64,000 nucleotides of DNA from Catenulispora sp. GP43 (GCF_041260665.1 NZ_JBGCCT010000019.1:59492-123491); one strand, 5' to 3'; numbered from the stretch's first letter, positions 36,976 to 48,376 are shown. A program made the numbers and translations. Notes: generated by a model not told the origin, from the letters alone.

Positions 36976-38454
36976 CTACGCCTTGGCCGGCGCGCTCCCC
37001 CGCCGCGGCAGCAGCGCTGCCACCGCGCCGGCGGCGGCCAGCGAGATCGCCGCGCCGATCATCGCGCCGCCGAAGCCGGCGGCCAGCGCGGCCTTGGGGC
37101 TGCCGCCGTGGCCGGCGGCGACGTGCGCGGAGATCGTCGACAGGGCGGCCAGGCCGATGGCGCCGCCGACCTGGCGGGAGGTGTTGATCAGGCCGGAGGC
37201 CAGGCCCGCCTCGTGCCGGGGCATGCCGGCGGTGCCGGCGACCGCCAGCGGTGTCATGGCCAGGCCCATGCCGAAGGTGAGCAGCATCAGCGGGCCCAGG
37301 ACGTCGGCGGTGTAGGAGCCGTCGGCCGGGAAGCGTGAGAGCCAGGCCAGGCCGATCGCGGCGACCAGCGGGCCGACCAGCAGCAGCGGACGGGTGCCGA
37401 TCTTCGGCAGTGCCCGGGTGGCCAGCATGGTCCCCAGCACGATCATCGCCGAGCCGGGCACGAAGGCGAACCCGGCCTGCAGCGCGTCGAACCCGAGCAC
37501 CTGCTGCAGGTAGAGGCTGACGTAGAACCACATGGCGAACATGCCGGCGCCGATCAGCAGCGCGGCGACGTCGGCCACGGCCAGCGAGCGGTTCCGGAAC
37601 ACCCGCAGCGGCACCAGCGCGTGCTTACTGCGGGCCTCCAGCAGGACGAACAGCGCCAGCAACACCGCGCCGGCGACCATCGGGGCGAGCACCGCGGCCG
37701 AGCCCCAGCTGTGCGTGTCAGTGGTGACCACGCCGTAGACGATCCCGGTCAGACCGAGGGTGACGGTGATCGCGCCGGGCAGGTCCAGGGTGCGCAGCGT
37801 GGCGCCGCGGCCCCGGGTCCGGGCGATCAGCGGCACGGCGGCCAGGATCAGCACCGCGCCGATCGGCACGTTCACGAACAGCACCCAGCGCCAGCTCACC
37901 CACTGCGTGAGCATGCCGCCGACGACGGCGCCCATCGCGCCGCCGGCCGCCATGGTCGCGCTCCACGCGCCCAGGGCCTTGGTCCGCTCGCGCGGGTCGG
38001 TGAAGGTGGTCATGATCAGCGTCATGGTCGCCGGGGCGAGCACGGCGCCGGCCAGGCCCTGCACCGAGCGGGCCGCGATGAGCAGGCTGCCGGTGTCGGC
38101 CATGCCGCCGGCCAGGCTCGCGGCGGTGAAGCCGATCAGGCCGGTGAGGAACACCGGCTTGGCGCCGAACAGGTCGGCGGCGCGCCCGCCGAACAACAGC
38201 AGCCCGGCGAAGCCGAGCGCGTAGGCGTTGACGACCCACTGCACGCCGGTGGGCGACAGGTCCAGCGCGCCGCGCATGGCCGGCAGCGCGACGTTCACGA
38301 TGCTGACGTCCAGCACCACCATGAACTGGGCGACACAGGCGATGACCAGCAGCGCCGTCTTGTTGCCGACGCGCCGGCCGATCAGGCGCGGGCCCGGCAC
38401 GACGTCGGCCGCTGAGGACGGCGGCGCGTCGGCTATCTGGTCGGTCGAAGACAA
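36976..38454 (-). CDS. MFS transporter, DHA2 (14-TMS) family
   Basis: 14 predicted helices. Motif A-like GRAADLFGAKPV. Divergent TetR gene. Confidence 0.85.
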   Translation of the reverse strand: MSSTDQIADAPPSSAADVVPGPRLIGRRVGNKTALLVIACVAQFMVVLDVSIVNVALPAMRGALDLSPTGVQWVVNAYALGFAGLLLFGGRAADLFGAKPVFLTGLIGFTAASLAGGMADTGSLLIAARSVQGLAGAVLAPATMTLIMTTFTDPRERTKALGAWSATMAAGGAMGAVVGGMLTQWVSWRWVLFVNVPIGAVLILAAVPLIARTRGRGATLRTLDLPGAITVTLGLTGIVYGVVTTDTHSWGSAAVLAPMVAGAVLLALFVLLEARSKHALVPLRVFRNRSLAVADVAALLIGAGMFAMWFYVSLYLQQVLGFDALQAGFAFVPGSAMIVLGTMLATRALPKIGTRPLLLVGPLVAAIGLAWLSRFPADGSYTADVLGPLMLLTFGMGLAMTPLAVAGTAGMPRHEAGLASGLINTSRQVGGAIGLAALSTISAHVAAGHGGSPKAALAAGFGGAMIGAAISLAAAGAVAALLPRRGSAPAKA

Positions 38455-38527
38455 GGGACCCTCCCCGGAGTGTGTTTAATCTTAGAGTGACTCTAATGAT
38501 AGACGAAGTCCAGCTATTATTTGTTCC

Positions 38528-39211
38528 ATGGAGACCGGAGCAGGAGCACGCGAGCACAGCGCGCCCGACACGCCGCAAAGCGACCCCCCGCAGCTGGGCC
38601 TGCGCGAGCGCAAGAAGCAGCGCACCCGCATGGCGATCCACGAGGCGGCGATGACCCTGTTCGCCGAGCGCGGCTACGACCACGTCACGATGGCCGAGAT
38701 CGCCCGCGCCGCCGACGTCGCCCCGGCCACGGTGTTCACGCACTACGCCTCGAAGGAGGACCTGGTCTACGAGCTGCGGCACGTGGCCAACGACCGGCTG
38801 AGCACCGCGTTGCGCTCGCGGGCCCCGCAGGTCGGCGTGCTGGCCGCGGTGAAGGAATGGCAGCAGGAGATGTACGAGTACTACGTCCAGTCGCCCAAGC
38901 AGGTGGAGCGGTCTCGGACGTTCTCAAGGCTGCTGCGGGAGAACCCGACGCTGTGGACGCGCTCGGTGGGGTTCATGTACGAACGGCAGAACCTGCTCGT
39001 CGAGCTGATGGTCGAGCGCTACCCGCAGACCGACCCCTTTGTGCTGGAGGTCGCGGCGGCGCAGATCGCCGGCGCCGTGCAGGCGGCGCAGGTGCAGTAC
39101 CAGGGGGACCTGGCGGCGGGGATGGGCAAGGACGAGCTGCTGGCGCGCGCCGCCGCGCGGTCGGAGCAGGTGTACGAGCAGTTGGCGCGGGGGCTGGCGG
39201 ACGTGTTGTAG
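38528..39211 (+). CDS. TetR/AcrR family transcriptional regulator
   Basis: HTH RTRMAIHEAAMTLFAERGYDHVTMAEIARAADVAPATVFTHYASKE. Confidence 0.85.
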   Translation: METGAGAREHSAPDTPQSDPPQLGLRERKKQRTRMAIHEAAMTLFAERGYDHVTMAEIARAADVAPATVFTHYASKEDLVYELRHVANDRLSTALRSRAPQVGVLAAVKEWQQEMYEYYVQSPKQVERSRTFSRLLRENPTLWTRSVGFMYERQNLLVELMVERYPQTDPFVLEVAAAQIAGAVQAAQVQYQGDLAAGMGKDELLARAAARSEQVYEQLARGLADVL

Positions 39212-39552
39212 GGCTTGCGGGGATTGCGGGGCTTGGGCTTGCAGGGCTTTGAGCCGGGCTTGGCGCCGGTCAGCGCGCTCGTCGGTATCGCAGCTCGATG
39301 CTCCCGTCTGCGGAGGCCGTGTGCGAGATGAGTTCCAGCTGGTAAGACTTCGGGACCCCGTCGAAGATCCGGGTCCCCTCGCCGGCGATGTAGGGAGCTC
39401 CTCGGTGGTGTCGCCGGCCGGAACTCCGTCAGTATCGCGAGCGCGGCACTGGTTCCGAAGCAATTCGGCTACGCACAGAACGTTGCGCGCCTGTGCCGTG
39501 TCACCTATACGTGAGCATCCCCAGCATCAGCACGGCCGGCAGGAAGGCGCAT

Positions 39553-40062
39553 GTGGATCGGTCAGACGCGGGCTTCTCCGAGTTCGTGGCAGGCAGCGTC
39601 AATCGTCTGACACGCTTCGCGGAGCTCCTCACCGGCGACCCGCACCGGGCCGCGGACCTGGTGCAGGAGTCCCTGGAGCGGGCTTACATCCGCTGGCCCA
39701 AGGCCCAGGTCGAGGATCCGCATGCCTACGTCCGGCAGATCATCGTCAATCAGTACCGGAACTGGTGGCGGCGACGCCGGGACCGGGAGGTGCTCAGCGA
39801 GCGGCCCCCGGACACCGGGGTCAGCGACGACCACGCCGTGCGGCTGGCGCAGAGCGACCTGCTGCGCCGGGCGCTGGCGACGTTGACGGCGCGCGAGCGC
39901 GCGGTCGTGGTCCTGCGCTTCTACTCCGATCTGGACGTCGCGGCGATCGCGGCCGAGACCGGCATCGCGTCGGGCACCGTGAAGAGCACCCTGTCCCGGG
40001 CCATGACGCGGCTGCGCGCGTTCCCGGGCTTTGATGAGTCCCTCACCGGGCGGGAAAGGTAG
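39553..40062 (+). CDS. ECF-type RNA polymerase sigma factor
   Basis: GTG with AGGAAGG RBS. Region 2 (LVQESLERAYIRW) and region 4 (RERAVVVLRFYSDLDVAAIAAETGIASGTVKSTLSRA). Confidence 0.8.
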   Translation: MDRSDAGFSEFVAGSVNRLTRFAELLTGDPHRAADLVQESLERAYIRWPKAQVEDPHAYVRQIIVNQYRNWWRRRRDREVLSERPPDTGVSDDHAVRLAQSDLLRRALATLTARERAVVVLRFYSDLDVAAIAAETGIASGTVKSTLSRAMTRLRAFPGFDESLTGRER

Positions 40063-40069
40063 GCCGGCT

Positions 40070-41098
40070 GTGAACTTCGACGATTCGCTGCGCGAAGCCA
40101 TGCACGGCTACGCCTACACTCCGTCCCGGATCAACGCCGAGAAGGTCGTCGTCGGCGCGCGGCGGCGCAGGGTCCGGAGCCGGGCCAGGACTGCGGTCGG
40201 CGGCCTGGGCATCGCAGCGCTCGTGGGGGCCTCGGCGCTCGTGCTGTTGAGCACGCCGTCGGGCTCGGGCGGCGAGACAGTGGTCGATCCGGGGGTCTCC
40301 CCCAGTACGACGGGCAGTGCGCCGGACCCGCTCGCGCCCGGTACTCACTCCCCGGTGAAGCAGGTACGGGCTGGTCAGGAGATCACGGTTCCCGGGGACA
40401 TCGACGGGGCGTTCTACTGGATGACCACCGACTCGGTCTGCCGGTACGCGCCCCACGCCATCACGCCTTTCGGCAAGCCGGACATGTCGACGTCGGCGTT
40501 CGTCGAGTGCGACAGCCCGCTGGGCAATGGTGACAAGGGCGGTAAGGCCGTGTTCTGCCGGATGACGGTCTCCGCGCCGCCGACGCCGACGACTGCGTCG
40601 ACGACAACATCGACCAGCGGCGAGCAGGTGCCGTGCGCCGGACACACCCCCACGGACAAGTACTTCACGTCGTTGTTCGCCGTGCAGACCATCGGCGGCG
40701 GCAACCTCATGGTGCCCACCGCCGGCGTCATGGCCGGCTCCGACCTCCCGGTGCGGGTCGAGGACCGAGTGACGGACATGTACGTCGGTCCCGATCTGTC
40801 GAAGGGCGGCAGCGAGGTCGTCCGCGAGTACAGGCTCGAAACCTTCTATACGGTGCCCGGCATGAAGCCCGGCTGGGTCTTCTGGCTGCCGAGCACGCCG
40901 CTGGTGTATCCGAGCTCGAACCCGCCGGCCGCGCCACCGACGTATCCCGGCGCCCCGGAGCAGACCAAGCCGGTCCTCACCAGCAGCTTCGACGAGATCT
41001 GGCTCTACGACGGTGCCGACCGGCGGATGACGGCGAACCCGGGGAACCGACCTGCTCCCAGCGCCACGGGTTCGATTCCGACGGACGCCTCCCGATGA
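40070..41098 (+). CDS. putative membrane anti-sigma factor / secreted Thr-Pro-rich protein
   Basis: GTG 8 nt after the sigma stop with GGAAAGGTAGG RBS. One TM helix after a short cytoplasmic N-terminus. Extracytoplasmic domain with T/P-rich linker. Confidence 0.55.
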   Translation: MNFDDSLREAMHGYAYTPSRINAEKVVVGARRRRVRSRARTAVGGLGIAALVGASALVLLSTPSGSGGETVVDPGVSPSTTGSAPDPLAPGTHSPVKQVRAGQEITVPGDIDGAFYWMTTDSVCRYAPHAITPFGKPDMSTSAFVECDSPLGNGDKGGKAVFCRMTVSAPPTPTTASTTTSTSGEQVPCAGHTPTDKYFTSLFAVQTIGGGNLMVPTAGVMAGSDLPVRVEDRVTDMYVGPDLSKGGSEVVREYRLETFYTVPGMKPGWVFWLPSTPLVYPSSNPPAAPPTYPGAPEQTKPVLTSSFDEIWLYDGADRRMTANPGNRPAPSATGSIPTDASR

Positions 41099-41134
41099 GT
41101 GGTCTGATAATCCGTCGCGCCCTACCGTGGTCGA

Positions 41135-41842
41135 ATGCGATGGCGGAGGTCCAAAGACGATGGCGGTAAGGGCGGCAACAGCCTGTTCGGCGATGTGCTG
41201 ACGGATGTGGCCAAACACCCTGGCCGTCCATCGACGGTGAGCAGCTTGCAGGCGGAGCGGGACCTGTACTCCCCGCGCTTCGCCTTCGTCCAGTACTCAT
41301 ACGACGGAGGTACTGCGACCAGCAGGACTGCCTACGTTCCGGCGACCGAACCGCACCCCCGTAACAGCAAGATCGCCAGTCGCAGAGGCATCGGGTGGAA
41401 CGGCGAGTTGCTGACCGTGATGTCCTCGAGCGGCCACGTGGATTCGTGGACGCCGCGGGCCGGCGGCGTGCTGCCGGAGTTCCGCGGCGATCCCGAGCGC
41501 CGCCCCGGCTTCGGCTTCGTTCGAGGACGGGGCGGATCCAGGCAGGTCGCGCAGATCGCGGCGGTCGCGAGTCCGGAGTACGCGTTCTGGTTGTTGTTCC
41601 TCAACGAACGGGCCGAGCAGGTCGCCGACATCCCGGTGGACGGGTTCGACGAGCCGCGCCTCATCGGGCTCGCGGACGCCGCCGGGCTCCACTACCGGCG
41701 CTACCTCCTCGAGGTCGACGCGCCCACCATCCCCCTGCTGCGGAGCTCGGAGTACTTTCCGGGCACGCCCACGCCGATCGACGGGTCGAGGACCATGGTC
41801 GAGCTCGGACGGTGGTTCGGTGGGCGGTCGTCCTCGTACTAG
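41135..41842 (+). CDS. hypothetical protein
   Basis: 235-aa ORF following the anti-sigma gene. No motif. Confidence 0.45.
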   Translation: MRWRRSKDDGGKGGNSLFGDVLTDVAKHPGRPSTVSSLQAERDLYSPRFAFVQYSYDGGTATSRTAYVPATEPHPRNSKIASRRGIGWNGELLTVMSSSGHVDSWTPRAGGVLPEFRGDPERRPGFGFVRGRGGSRQVAQIAAVASPEYAFWLLFLNERAEQVADIPVDGFDEPRLIGLADAAGLHYRRYLLEVDAPTIPLLRSSEYFPGTPTPIDGSRTMVELGRWFGGRSSSY

Positions 41843-41849
41843 GACCAGA

Positions 41850-42857
41850 TCAGTGCTGCCACACCTTGACGTAGTCGACCTTCATGGTCGACGGGGCCAG
41901 GGTGGTGCCGCCGTAGCCGCCGACGGCGTTGTTGAGGATCAGGTACTGCGGCACGGAGGTGATACCGGTGGTGATCTGGCCGACCTTGACGCCGTCGTAG
42001 TAGTACGTCACCGAACCCGGCTCCCAGTCGGCGCCGTAGGTGTGCCAGCCGGTGTAGTTGCCGCTGGCGCAGCCGCCGGGGCCGCCGGCGGTCGAGTGGA
42101 AGTGGTAGCAGGCGTCGCCGGTCAGGCCTTCCATCACGTCGGTCTCGCCGTCGGTCGGCCAGTTCTGGCCGTCGGCCCAGAACGCCGGCCAGTTCGCGAT
42201 CTTGCCGTCGGACCCGGCCGGGAGGTAGATCCGGGCCTCCATGGCGCCGTAGGTGAAGTTGAACTTGCCGTTGGTGTTGACCAGGCCCGAGGTGTAGTCC
42301 TTGGCCTGCCCGCAGTTCACGGCCTTCTGGATCGCCGTGAGGTTGAGCGTGCCGCCGGTCACCGAGACCTGCGCCGGGTCGTAGCAGTCGTCCTCGGACC
42401 AGTTCGGCGGCCGCGTGATGCCCGAGGCGTTCCAGCCGGTGGACCACTTGGTGGTGTCCAGGGCCGAGTCGTTGGCGAAGGAGTCGCTGAAGACGTTGCG
42501 CCAGCTGCCGGAGATGCCCAGGGGCCCGGCGGACGCCGGCGCGCTGGTCGTGCTCGAGGAGCTGGGAGCCGGAGCGGAGGTCGTGCTCGTCGTGCTCGTC
42601 GTGCTCGTCGACGGGGCCGCGGGCGTCGACGGCACGGAGGAGGACGCGGACGACGAGGGCTGTGCGGGTTGTGTGGGCGGCGCGGTCGGGGTGGAGCTTG
42701 GCGACGACGAAGGTGCCGGCGGGTGGTGCCGCGCGCTCCCGGCGGCCTCGTACCGCGAGTGGTGCCACGGCGAGGCCGAGGCGGTCGTGGCGGCCAGGCC
42801 CACGAGGGCCACGGCGGTGGTGGTCACGAGTATCGGATGGCGGCGGACAGCCCGCAT
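41850..42857 (-). CDS. secreted glycoside hydrolase family 16 (beta-1,3(4)-glucanase/laminarinase-like)
   Basis: Signal peptide. S/T/P-rich linker. Catalytic ExDxxE motif (DGETDVME) in a beta-jelly-roll sized domain. Confidence 0.75.
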   Translation of the reverse strand: MRAVRRHPILVTTTAVALVGLAATTASASPWHHSRYEAAGSARHHPPAPSSSPSSTPTAPPTQPAQPSSSASSSVPSTPAAPSTSTTSTTSTTSAPAPSSSSTTSAPASAGPLGISGSWRNVFSDSFANDSALDTTKWSTGWNASGITRPPNWSEDDCYDPAQVSVTGGTLNLTAIQKAVNCGQAKDYTSGLVNTNGKFNFTYGAMEARIYLPAGSDGKIANWPAFWADGQNWPTDGETDVMEGLTGDACYHFHSTAGGPGGCASGNYTGWHTYGADWEPGSVTYYYDGVKVGQITTGITSVPQYLILNNAVGGYGGTTLAPSTMKVDYVKVWQH

Positions 42858-43310
42858 GGACTAGCCCCTCTCGGGCGAATCAACATTTTTATACAAAAAG
42901 GACGCTCGACCGCTGCGGTCGGCGTCCCCGGAAAGCCTCGTCGCCATGGGGCGACCGGCCCTGCCTCGGTGATGCGGCGACGAAAAGTCGCCGAGCTGAA
43001 GGGCCCCGATCGCGATCGGCGGCCCGGTATTTCCCGGACATTCCCAGGAGAGGCATCGAAACCATAACATGGTTGATATCGCTGTCAAGGCGGCGTCCGG
43101 ATGCGCGATGACGATGCCTTATTCGCGCGACGGCGTGCCTACGGAAAGCGATGACTCGGCGGTGCGAGCATCGCAAAAAGAATGATTCGGGCAATTCGGC
43201 GCGGCGGGGCGCGACGGAGTGCGACTAAGCACGGCAGCGGCAGCGGCCAAGCCCTCAGATCCCTGACGCCCCTCCTTGACACCCCCCGCTCCCCGACGGA
43301 AACTCACCAC

Positions 43311-44030
43311 ATGATGAATTACGCCGTCGACGTCCGCGACCTGCGCGTTGTCCGGGGCGGGCAGGTGGTGCTCCACGACGTGAGCGCCCAGGTGGAAACC
43401 GGGTCGGTCACCGGGCTGCTGGGGCCGTCCGGGTGCGGCAAGACGACGCTGCTGCGTTCCGTGGTCGGCGTGCAGAAGGTGGCCGGCGGCACCGTGCAGG
43501 TGCTGGGCTCCCCCGCCGGCAGCCCGGTGCTGCGCGACCGCATCGGCTACGTGACTCAGGCCCCGTCGGTGTACGGGGATCTGTCGGTGATGGAGAACCT
43601 GCGGTACTTCGCGGCGGTGCTCGGGGCGCCGCGTGAGGATCCCGAACGGGTGATCGCGGCGGTGGGGCTGGCGGGCAAGGAGAAGGCGCGCGCCGATCGC
43701 CTGTCCGGCGGGCAGCGGGCGCGGGTGTCGCTGGCGGCCGCGTTGTTGGGGACGCCGAAGGTGCTGGTGCTCGATGAGCCGACGGTGGGGCTGGATCCGG
43801 TGTTGCGGGCCGAGTTGTGGGGGTTGTTCCATCGGCTGGCGGCCGGTGATGATCCGGTGACGTTCCTGATCTCCAGTCATGTCATGGACGAGGCGTCGCG
43901 GTGTACCCGGTTGTTGCTCATGCGCGAGGGGCGCATCCTGGCCTCCGACACGCCGGAGGGGTTGCTGGCCCGGACCGGGGCCGGCGATGTCGAGGGTGCG
44001 TTCCTGCGGTTGGTGGGGGCGGCGTCATGA
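43311..44030 (+). CDS. ABC transporter ATP-binding protein
   Basis: Walker A GPSGCGKTT. Signature LSGGQRARV. Walker B LVLDEPTVGLD. H-loop. Confidence 0.85.
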   Translation: MMNYAVDVRDLRVVRGGQVVLHDVSAQVETGSVTGLLGPSGCGKTTLLRSVVGVQKVAGGTVQVLGSPAGSPVLRDRIGYVTQAPSVYGDLSVMENLRYFAAVLGAPREDPERVIAAVGLAGKEKARADRLSGGQRARVSLAAALLGTPKVLVLDEPTVGLDPVLRAELWGLFHRLAAGDDPVTFLISSHVMDEASRCTRLLLMREGRILASDTPEGLLARTGAGDVEGAFLRLVGAAS

Positions 44031-44764
44031 GCGTGCGACGTACTACCGCGACGGCGCGGCGGGTTCTGGAGCAGTTGCTGCACGATCCGCGGACGATCGC
44101 GTTGATGCTGGTCGTGCCGTGCGTTCTGATCACGTTGCTGAAGTGGGTGTTCGATTCCTCGCCGCATGTCTTCCAGTCGATCGGCGCCGCGTTGCTGGGC
44201 ATCTTCCCGTTCATCGTCATGTTCCTGGTGACCTCCGTGGGGATGCTGCGGGAGCGGACCGGCGGGACGCTGGAGCGGCTGTTGACGATGCCGCTGGCCA
44301 AGGGCGACCTGCTGGGCGGCTACGCGTTGGCGTTCGGGGCGGTGGCACTGGTGCAGGCGCTGCTGGTGTCGGCGCTGACCATCGGGCCGCTGGGGCTGTC
44401 GGTGGCCGGGCCCGCGTGGGCGGTGGTGCTGGTGGCGGTGTTCGACGCGCTGCTGGGGACGGCGTTGGGGCTGTTCACGAGCGCGTTCGCGCGGACCGAG
44501 TTCCAGGCGGTGCAGTTCCTGCCGGCGTTCGTGCTGCCGCAGTTGCTGCTGTGCGGGCTGTTCACGCCGCGCGATCAGATGCAGCCGGTGCTGCGGTGGG
44601 TGTCGGACGTGATGCCGTTGTCGTACGCGGTGGACGCCATGGACAAGATCACGAAGCAGTCGGCGGTGTCCGGCGCGGTGATCGCCGACATGGCTATCAT
44701 CGCCGGTGCCGGGGTGCTCGCGCTGGCGCTGGGTGCCGTGACGCTTCGTCGACGGACGGAGTGA
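44027..44764 (+). CDS. ABC-2 type transporter permease
   Basis: ATG overlaps the ATPase stop (ATGA). Six hydrophobic helices. ~245 aa. Confidence 0.8.
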   Translation: MSVRRTTATARRVLEQLLHDPRTIALMLVVPCVLITLLKWVFDSSPHVFQSIGAALLGIFPFIVMFLVTSVGMLRERTGGTLERLLTMPLAKGDLLGGYALAFGAVALVQALLVSALTIGPLGLSVAGPAWAVVLVAVFDALLGTALGLFTSAFARTEFQAVQFLPAFVLPQLLLCGLFTPRDQMQPVLRWVSDVMPLSYAVDAMDKITKQSAVSGAVIADMAIIAGAGVLALALGAVTLRRRTE

Positions 44765-44834
44765 GCTGGGCGGCGGACACTGTGGGTGGCGCCGCGCGCG
44801 ACACCGCGACAGACACGATGCGAAGGAGCCGGGC

Positions 44835-45557
44835 GTGGGCGGGGCACTGCTGGTGCTGTGGGATATCGACCAGACGCTGATCAAGACCGACGGTGTGGGC
44901 ACCGAGGCGTACTCCGAGGCGGTGCTGGAGACCATCGGCAGCCCGTGGCGCGGCGACATGACGTTCAACGGTCTCACCGAGCGTGCCATGGCCGCGCGCG
45001 TCCTGCGCATGCACGACATCGAGCCGGACCCGGCGCTGCTCACGTTGTTCCTGGCGAACCTCGAGCGGTCGCTGCTCGCGCGCGCCGAGGCCATCAAGGC
45101 CCGCGGCTACGCCCTGACCGGGGCCCGGGCCGCGTTGGAGGCGCTCGGCGGTGAGCCCGGCGCCCGGCAGTCGGTGCTGACGGGGAACTTCCGCACGGTC
45201 GCGGAGATGAAGCTGCGGGCCTTCGATCTGCACTCATGGATCGACTTCGCAATCGGTGCCTACGGCGATGACGAAGTCGAACGCAACGCTCTGATCCCGC
45301 ATGCCTGGCGGCGGGCCGAGGCCCGGTACGGGCGGGTCTACGATGCGGCGCAGACGGTGATCCTGGGAGACACCGTGCGCGATGTCGAAGCCGCTCTGGC
45401 GCACGGTGCCGCGGTGGTCGCCGTCGCCAGTGGGACCACGGCGGCCGCGGATCTGCGCGACGCCGGCGCCGAGGTGGTGATCGCCGACCTCGGCGATACC
45501 GCGGGGGTGCTGACGGCGATCGGGCGGGCGACGGAGGCAGCCGGCCGCAGCGCGTGA
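44835..45557 (+). CDS. HAD-superfamily hydrolase
   Basis: Motif I WDIDQTL (DxD). Downstream motifs II-IV (LGDTVRDVEAA). Confidence 0.75.
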   Translation: MGGALLVLWDIDQTLIKTDGVGTEAYSEAVLETIGSPWRGDMTFNGLTERAMAARVLRMHDIEPDPALLTLFLANLERSLLARAEAIKARGYALTGARAALEALGGEPGARQSVLTGNFRTVAEMKLRAFDLHSWIDFAIGAYGDDEVERNALIPHAWRRAEARYGRVYDAAQTVILGDTVRDVEAALAHGAAVVAVASGTTAAADLRDAGAEVVIADLGDTAGVLTAIGRATEAAGRSA

Positions 45558-45887
45558 CCCCGAGTTAGCACTAGAGGTAACACCGGAACTAAGACCGGAG
45601 CTAACACGAGAGCTGACGTTCCGGGCCGTGGATGCGGAGTATTCGGGCTGTCAGAACCGGCAGGCAGACTCGCGCCAGGGATCGAAGATGGATCGATCGC
45701 ATCGTCGCGACGACCGGCTGGACGCAGACCGAGCAACACCCGTTCGACTGAGCATGTCTACCGCGAACTGGCCGACGTTCTTGATCGATACAGTGCGCAC
45801 AACTTTCAAGGATTCGTCACCCTGGATGAGCTGATAGCCCGCGACGGGCCACCAAGGCCCTGACCGGGAAGTCTGACCGCTACCGTC

Positions 45888-46328
45888 GTGCCCATGAGAA
45901 CCGAGGGAACGTTCAGTGTGACGTCGTTCGCGCCGGCCGCCGTCGAGCCGTCGCTGGACATCGTGACGGGCACCCCGACGGGGGTCGCGACCATGGAGAA
46001 GGCGTTCGAGGGTGGGATCGCGGGGCGTTCGGCCACGTTGTTCACCTCGGCGTATGACCAGGAGCGGGGTACGGGCACCTACCTGGCGTTGGAGTCGTTC
46101 GCCGGGACGTTCGACGGGCGTGGCGGCACCTTCAACTTCGTGCACTCCGCGACGACGGCCGGGGCGGACCGCTCGGACGAGTACTTCCTGATCGTGCCCG
46201 GCAGCGGTACCGGTGAGCTGGCGGGCATCACCGGTACCGGCAGCATCGAGATCGACGCGGATGGTACGCACCGCATCTGGTTCGACTACGCCATCAGCCC
46301 CGGACAGGTCGGCGCCGCCGAAGGCTGA
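45888..46328 (+). CDS. DUF3224-like protein
   Basis: 146 aa. G/T-rich beta-sandwich-like composition resembling the DUF3224 family. Confidence 0.5.
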   Translation: MPMRTEGTFSVTSFAPAAVEPSLDIVTGTPTGVATMEKAFEGGIAGRSATLFTSAYDQERGTGTYLALESFAGTFDGRGGTFNFVHSATTAGADRSDEYFLIVPGSGTGELAGITGTGSIEIDADGTHRIWFDYAISPGQVGAAEG

Positions 46329-46378
46329 TCAACACCACCGAGGGCTGATCGGCGTCATCGAGGGCTGATCCGTGCCGC

Positions 46379-48201
46379 TCACAGCTGCTCCGGCGCGGCG
46401 ATCCCCAGCAGCGCCAGCCCCAGCTTCAGCGTCTCGCCGGTCAGCCGCACCAGCGCGGCGCGGTTCTCCCGCACCGCGTCGGTCGGTGCCTTGAGGACCG
46501 GGCAGTTCTCGTAGAAGTCCGAGAACGTCTGCGCCAGCGCGTACAGGTACGACGCCAGGCGGTGCGGCTCGAAGTTCTCCGTGACCGTGGCCAGCGTCGC
46601 CCCGAGGTCGTCCAGGTGCAGTGCCAGCTTGCGCTCGGCCGGCTCCAGTTCCAGGTCCGGGTGCACGCGGGCGGCGGTGCCCGCGGGCAGCTTGCGCAGG
46701 ATCGAGTGGATCCGGGCGTGCGCGTATTGCAGGTAGACGCTGGTGTTCCCGTGCAGGGAGACCATACGGTCCAGGTCGAAGACGTAGTCCTTGGTGCGGG
46801 AGGTCGACAGGTCCGCGTACTTCACCGCGCCGATGCCGACGATCTTCGCCTCGGTGCGCGCGGCGTCGGCGTCCAGGTCCGGATTCTTCTCCTGGACGGT
46901 GGCCACGGCGTGGTCGACGGCGCTGTCGAGCAGTTCGATGAGGCGGATGGTCTTGCCGGCGCGGGTCTTGAACGGCTTGCCGTCGGTCCCCAGGACCGAG
47001 CCGAACTGCACGTGGACCGCCTCGACGCCTTCGGGCAGGTAGCCGGCGCGGCGTGCGGTCTCGAACACCATGCGGAAGTGCAGTGCCTGGCGGCTGTCGA
47101 CGACGTAGAGGATCTGGTCGGCCTTCAGGGTGTCGACGCGGTAGCGGATCGCGGCCAGGTCGGTGGCGGCGTAGCCGAAGCCGCCGTCGCTCTTGCGCAC
47201 GATCAGCGGGACCGGGTCGCCGTCGGGGCCCTTGATGTCGTCGAAGAACACGCACAGCGCGCCCTCGCTCCACACCGCCACGCCCCGCTGTTCCAGGTCG
47301 GCGGCGACCTCGGCGAGGTAGGGGTTGTAGAAGCTCTCGCCGACCGCGTCGGCGTCGACCAGGCGCACGTCCAGGCGGGAGTAGACGTCCTCGAAGTAGC
47401 GCTTGGACTCCGCGACCATCTCGCGCCAGGCCGCCAGCGACTCCTCGTCGCCGCCCTGCAGGGTCACCACGCGCTTGCGGGCCCGGTCGGCGAACTGGGC
47501 GTCGGCCTCGAAGTGCGCCCGGGCGTCGCGGTACAGGGCGGTCAGCCAGGAGATGGCGGCCTGACCGGAGTGCTCGGCCTCGGCCGGGCGGGCCTCGGGG
47601 TGCTCGACCAGGTACTGGATGAGCATGCCGAACTGGGTGCCCCAGTCGCCGAGGTGGTTCTGGCGCACCACGGTGCGGCCGTCGAACTCCAGCATGCGGA
47701 CCAGCGCGTCGCCGATGACGGTCGAGCGCAGGTGGCCGACGTGCATCTCCTTGGCGATGTTCGGCTGGGAGTAGTCGATGACGGTGGTCTGCCCGACCGC
47801 GGTGGGCGCCACGCCCAGGCGCGGGTCGCCGAGGCGCTCGGCGGCCTGGCCGGCCAGGGCGGCGTCGGTGAGGGTGAGGTTGAGGAAGCCGGGGCCGGCG
47901 ACCTCGACGGCGGCGATCACGCCGGAGGTCGGGACGTGCGGGGCGGCCGCGGGCTGGCCGGAGGCATCCGCGCTGTCCACGCCAGCCGCGCCGGCCGGGG
48001 CCAGTGCGGCGGCGACCTTCGTGGCGAGTTCGCGCGGGTTGCCCTTCACGGCCTTGGCCAGCGGCAGCACCCCGTTGGCCTGGAAGTCGGCGTGGTCGGA
48101 GGGGCGGATCAGCGGGTCGGCGTCGCGCGCCGCGTCCCCCAGCACCGCGGTCAGCGCGGCGCGGACGTCGTCCGCCAGGATCTCCGACAGTGCCTTGGCC
48201 A
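46379..48201 (-). CDS. argS: arginine--tRNA ligase
   Basis: HIGH-type motif (HVGH) and KMSK-region equivalents. C-terminal anticodon-binding (DALR) domain. ATG 48201 with GAGGAAACCC RBS. The track ORF extends 18 codons further upstream. Confidence 0.9.
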
Positions 48202-48376
48202 TGGGTTTCCTCGCTGCTCGGACCGATTCTCCGGCCGTTTTGATGGGGTCTGTCAAGCCTAGCGCCCAGGCCGAATCGATTTATAACTCAAACACGTGCG
48301 TTTGACTTAGTCGGGGCGGCGCGTCATCGTGGAATTCGAACACCACTGTTTGATTTCCACGACGGAGGGGATTCCG

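Noticed and set aside
45558-45887. Possible small gene or remnant in the 330-nt lower-GC gap (ORF 45628-45834 and an alternative frame)
   Set aside because: No RBS or start in the better-looking frame. A short remnant cannot be judged without a database search.
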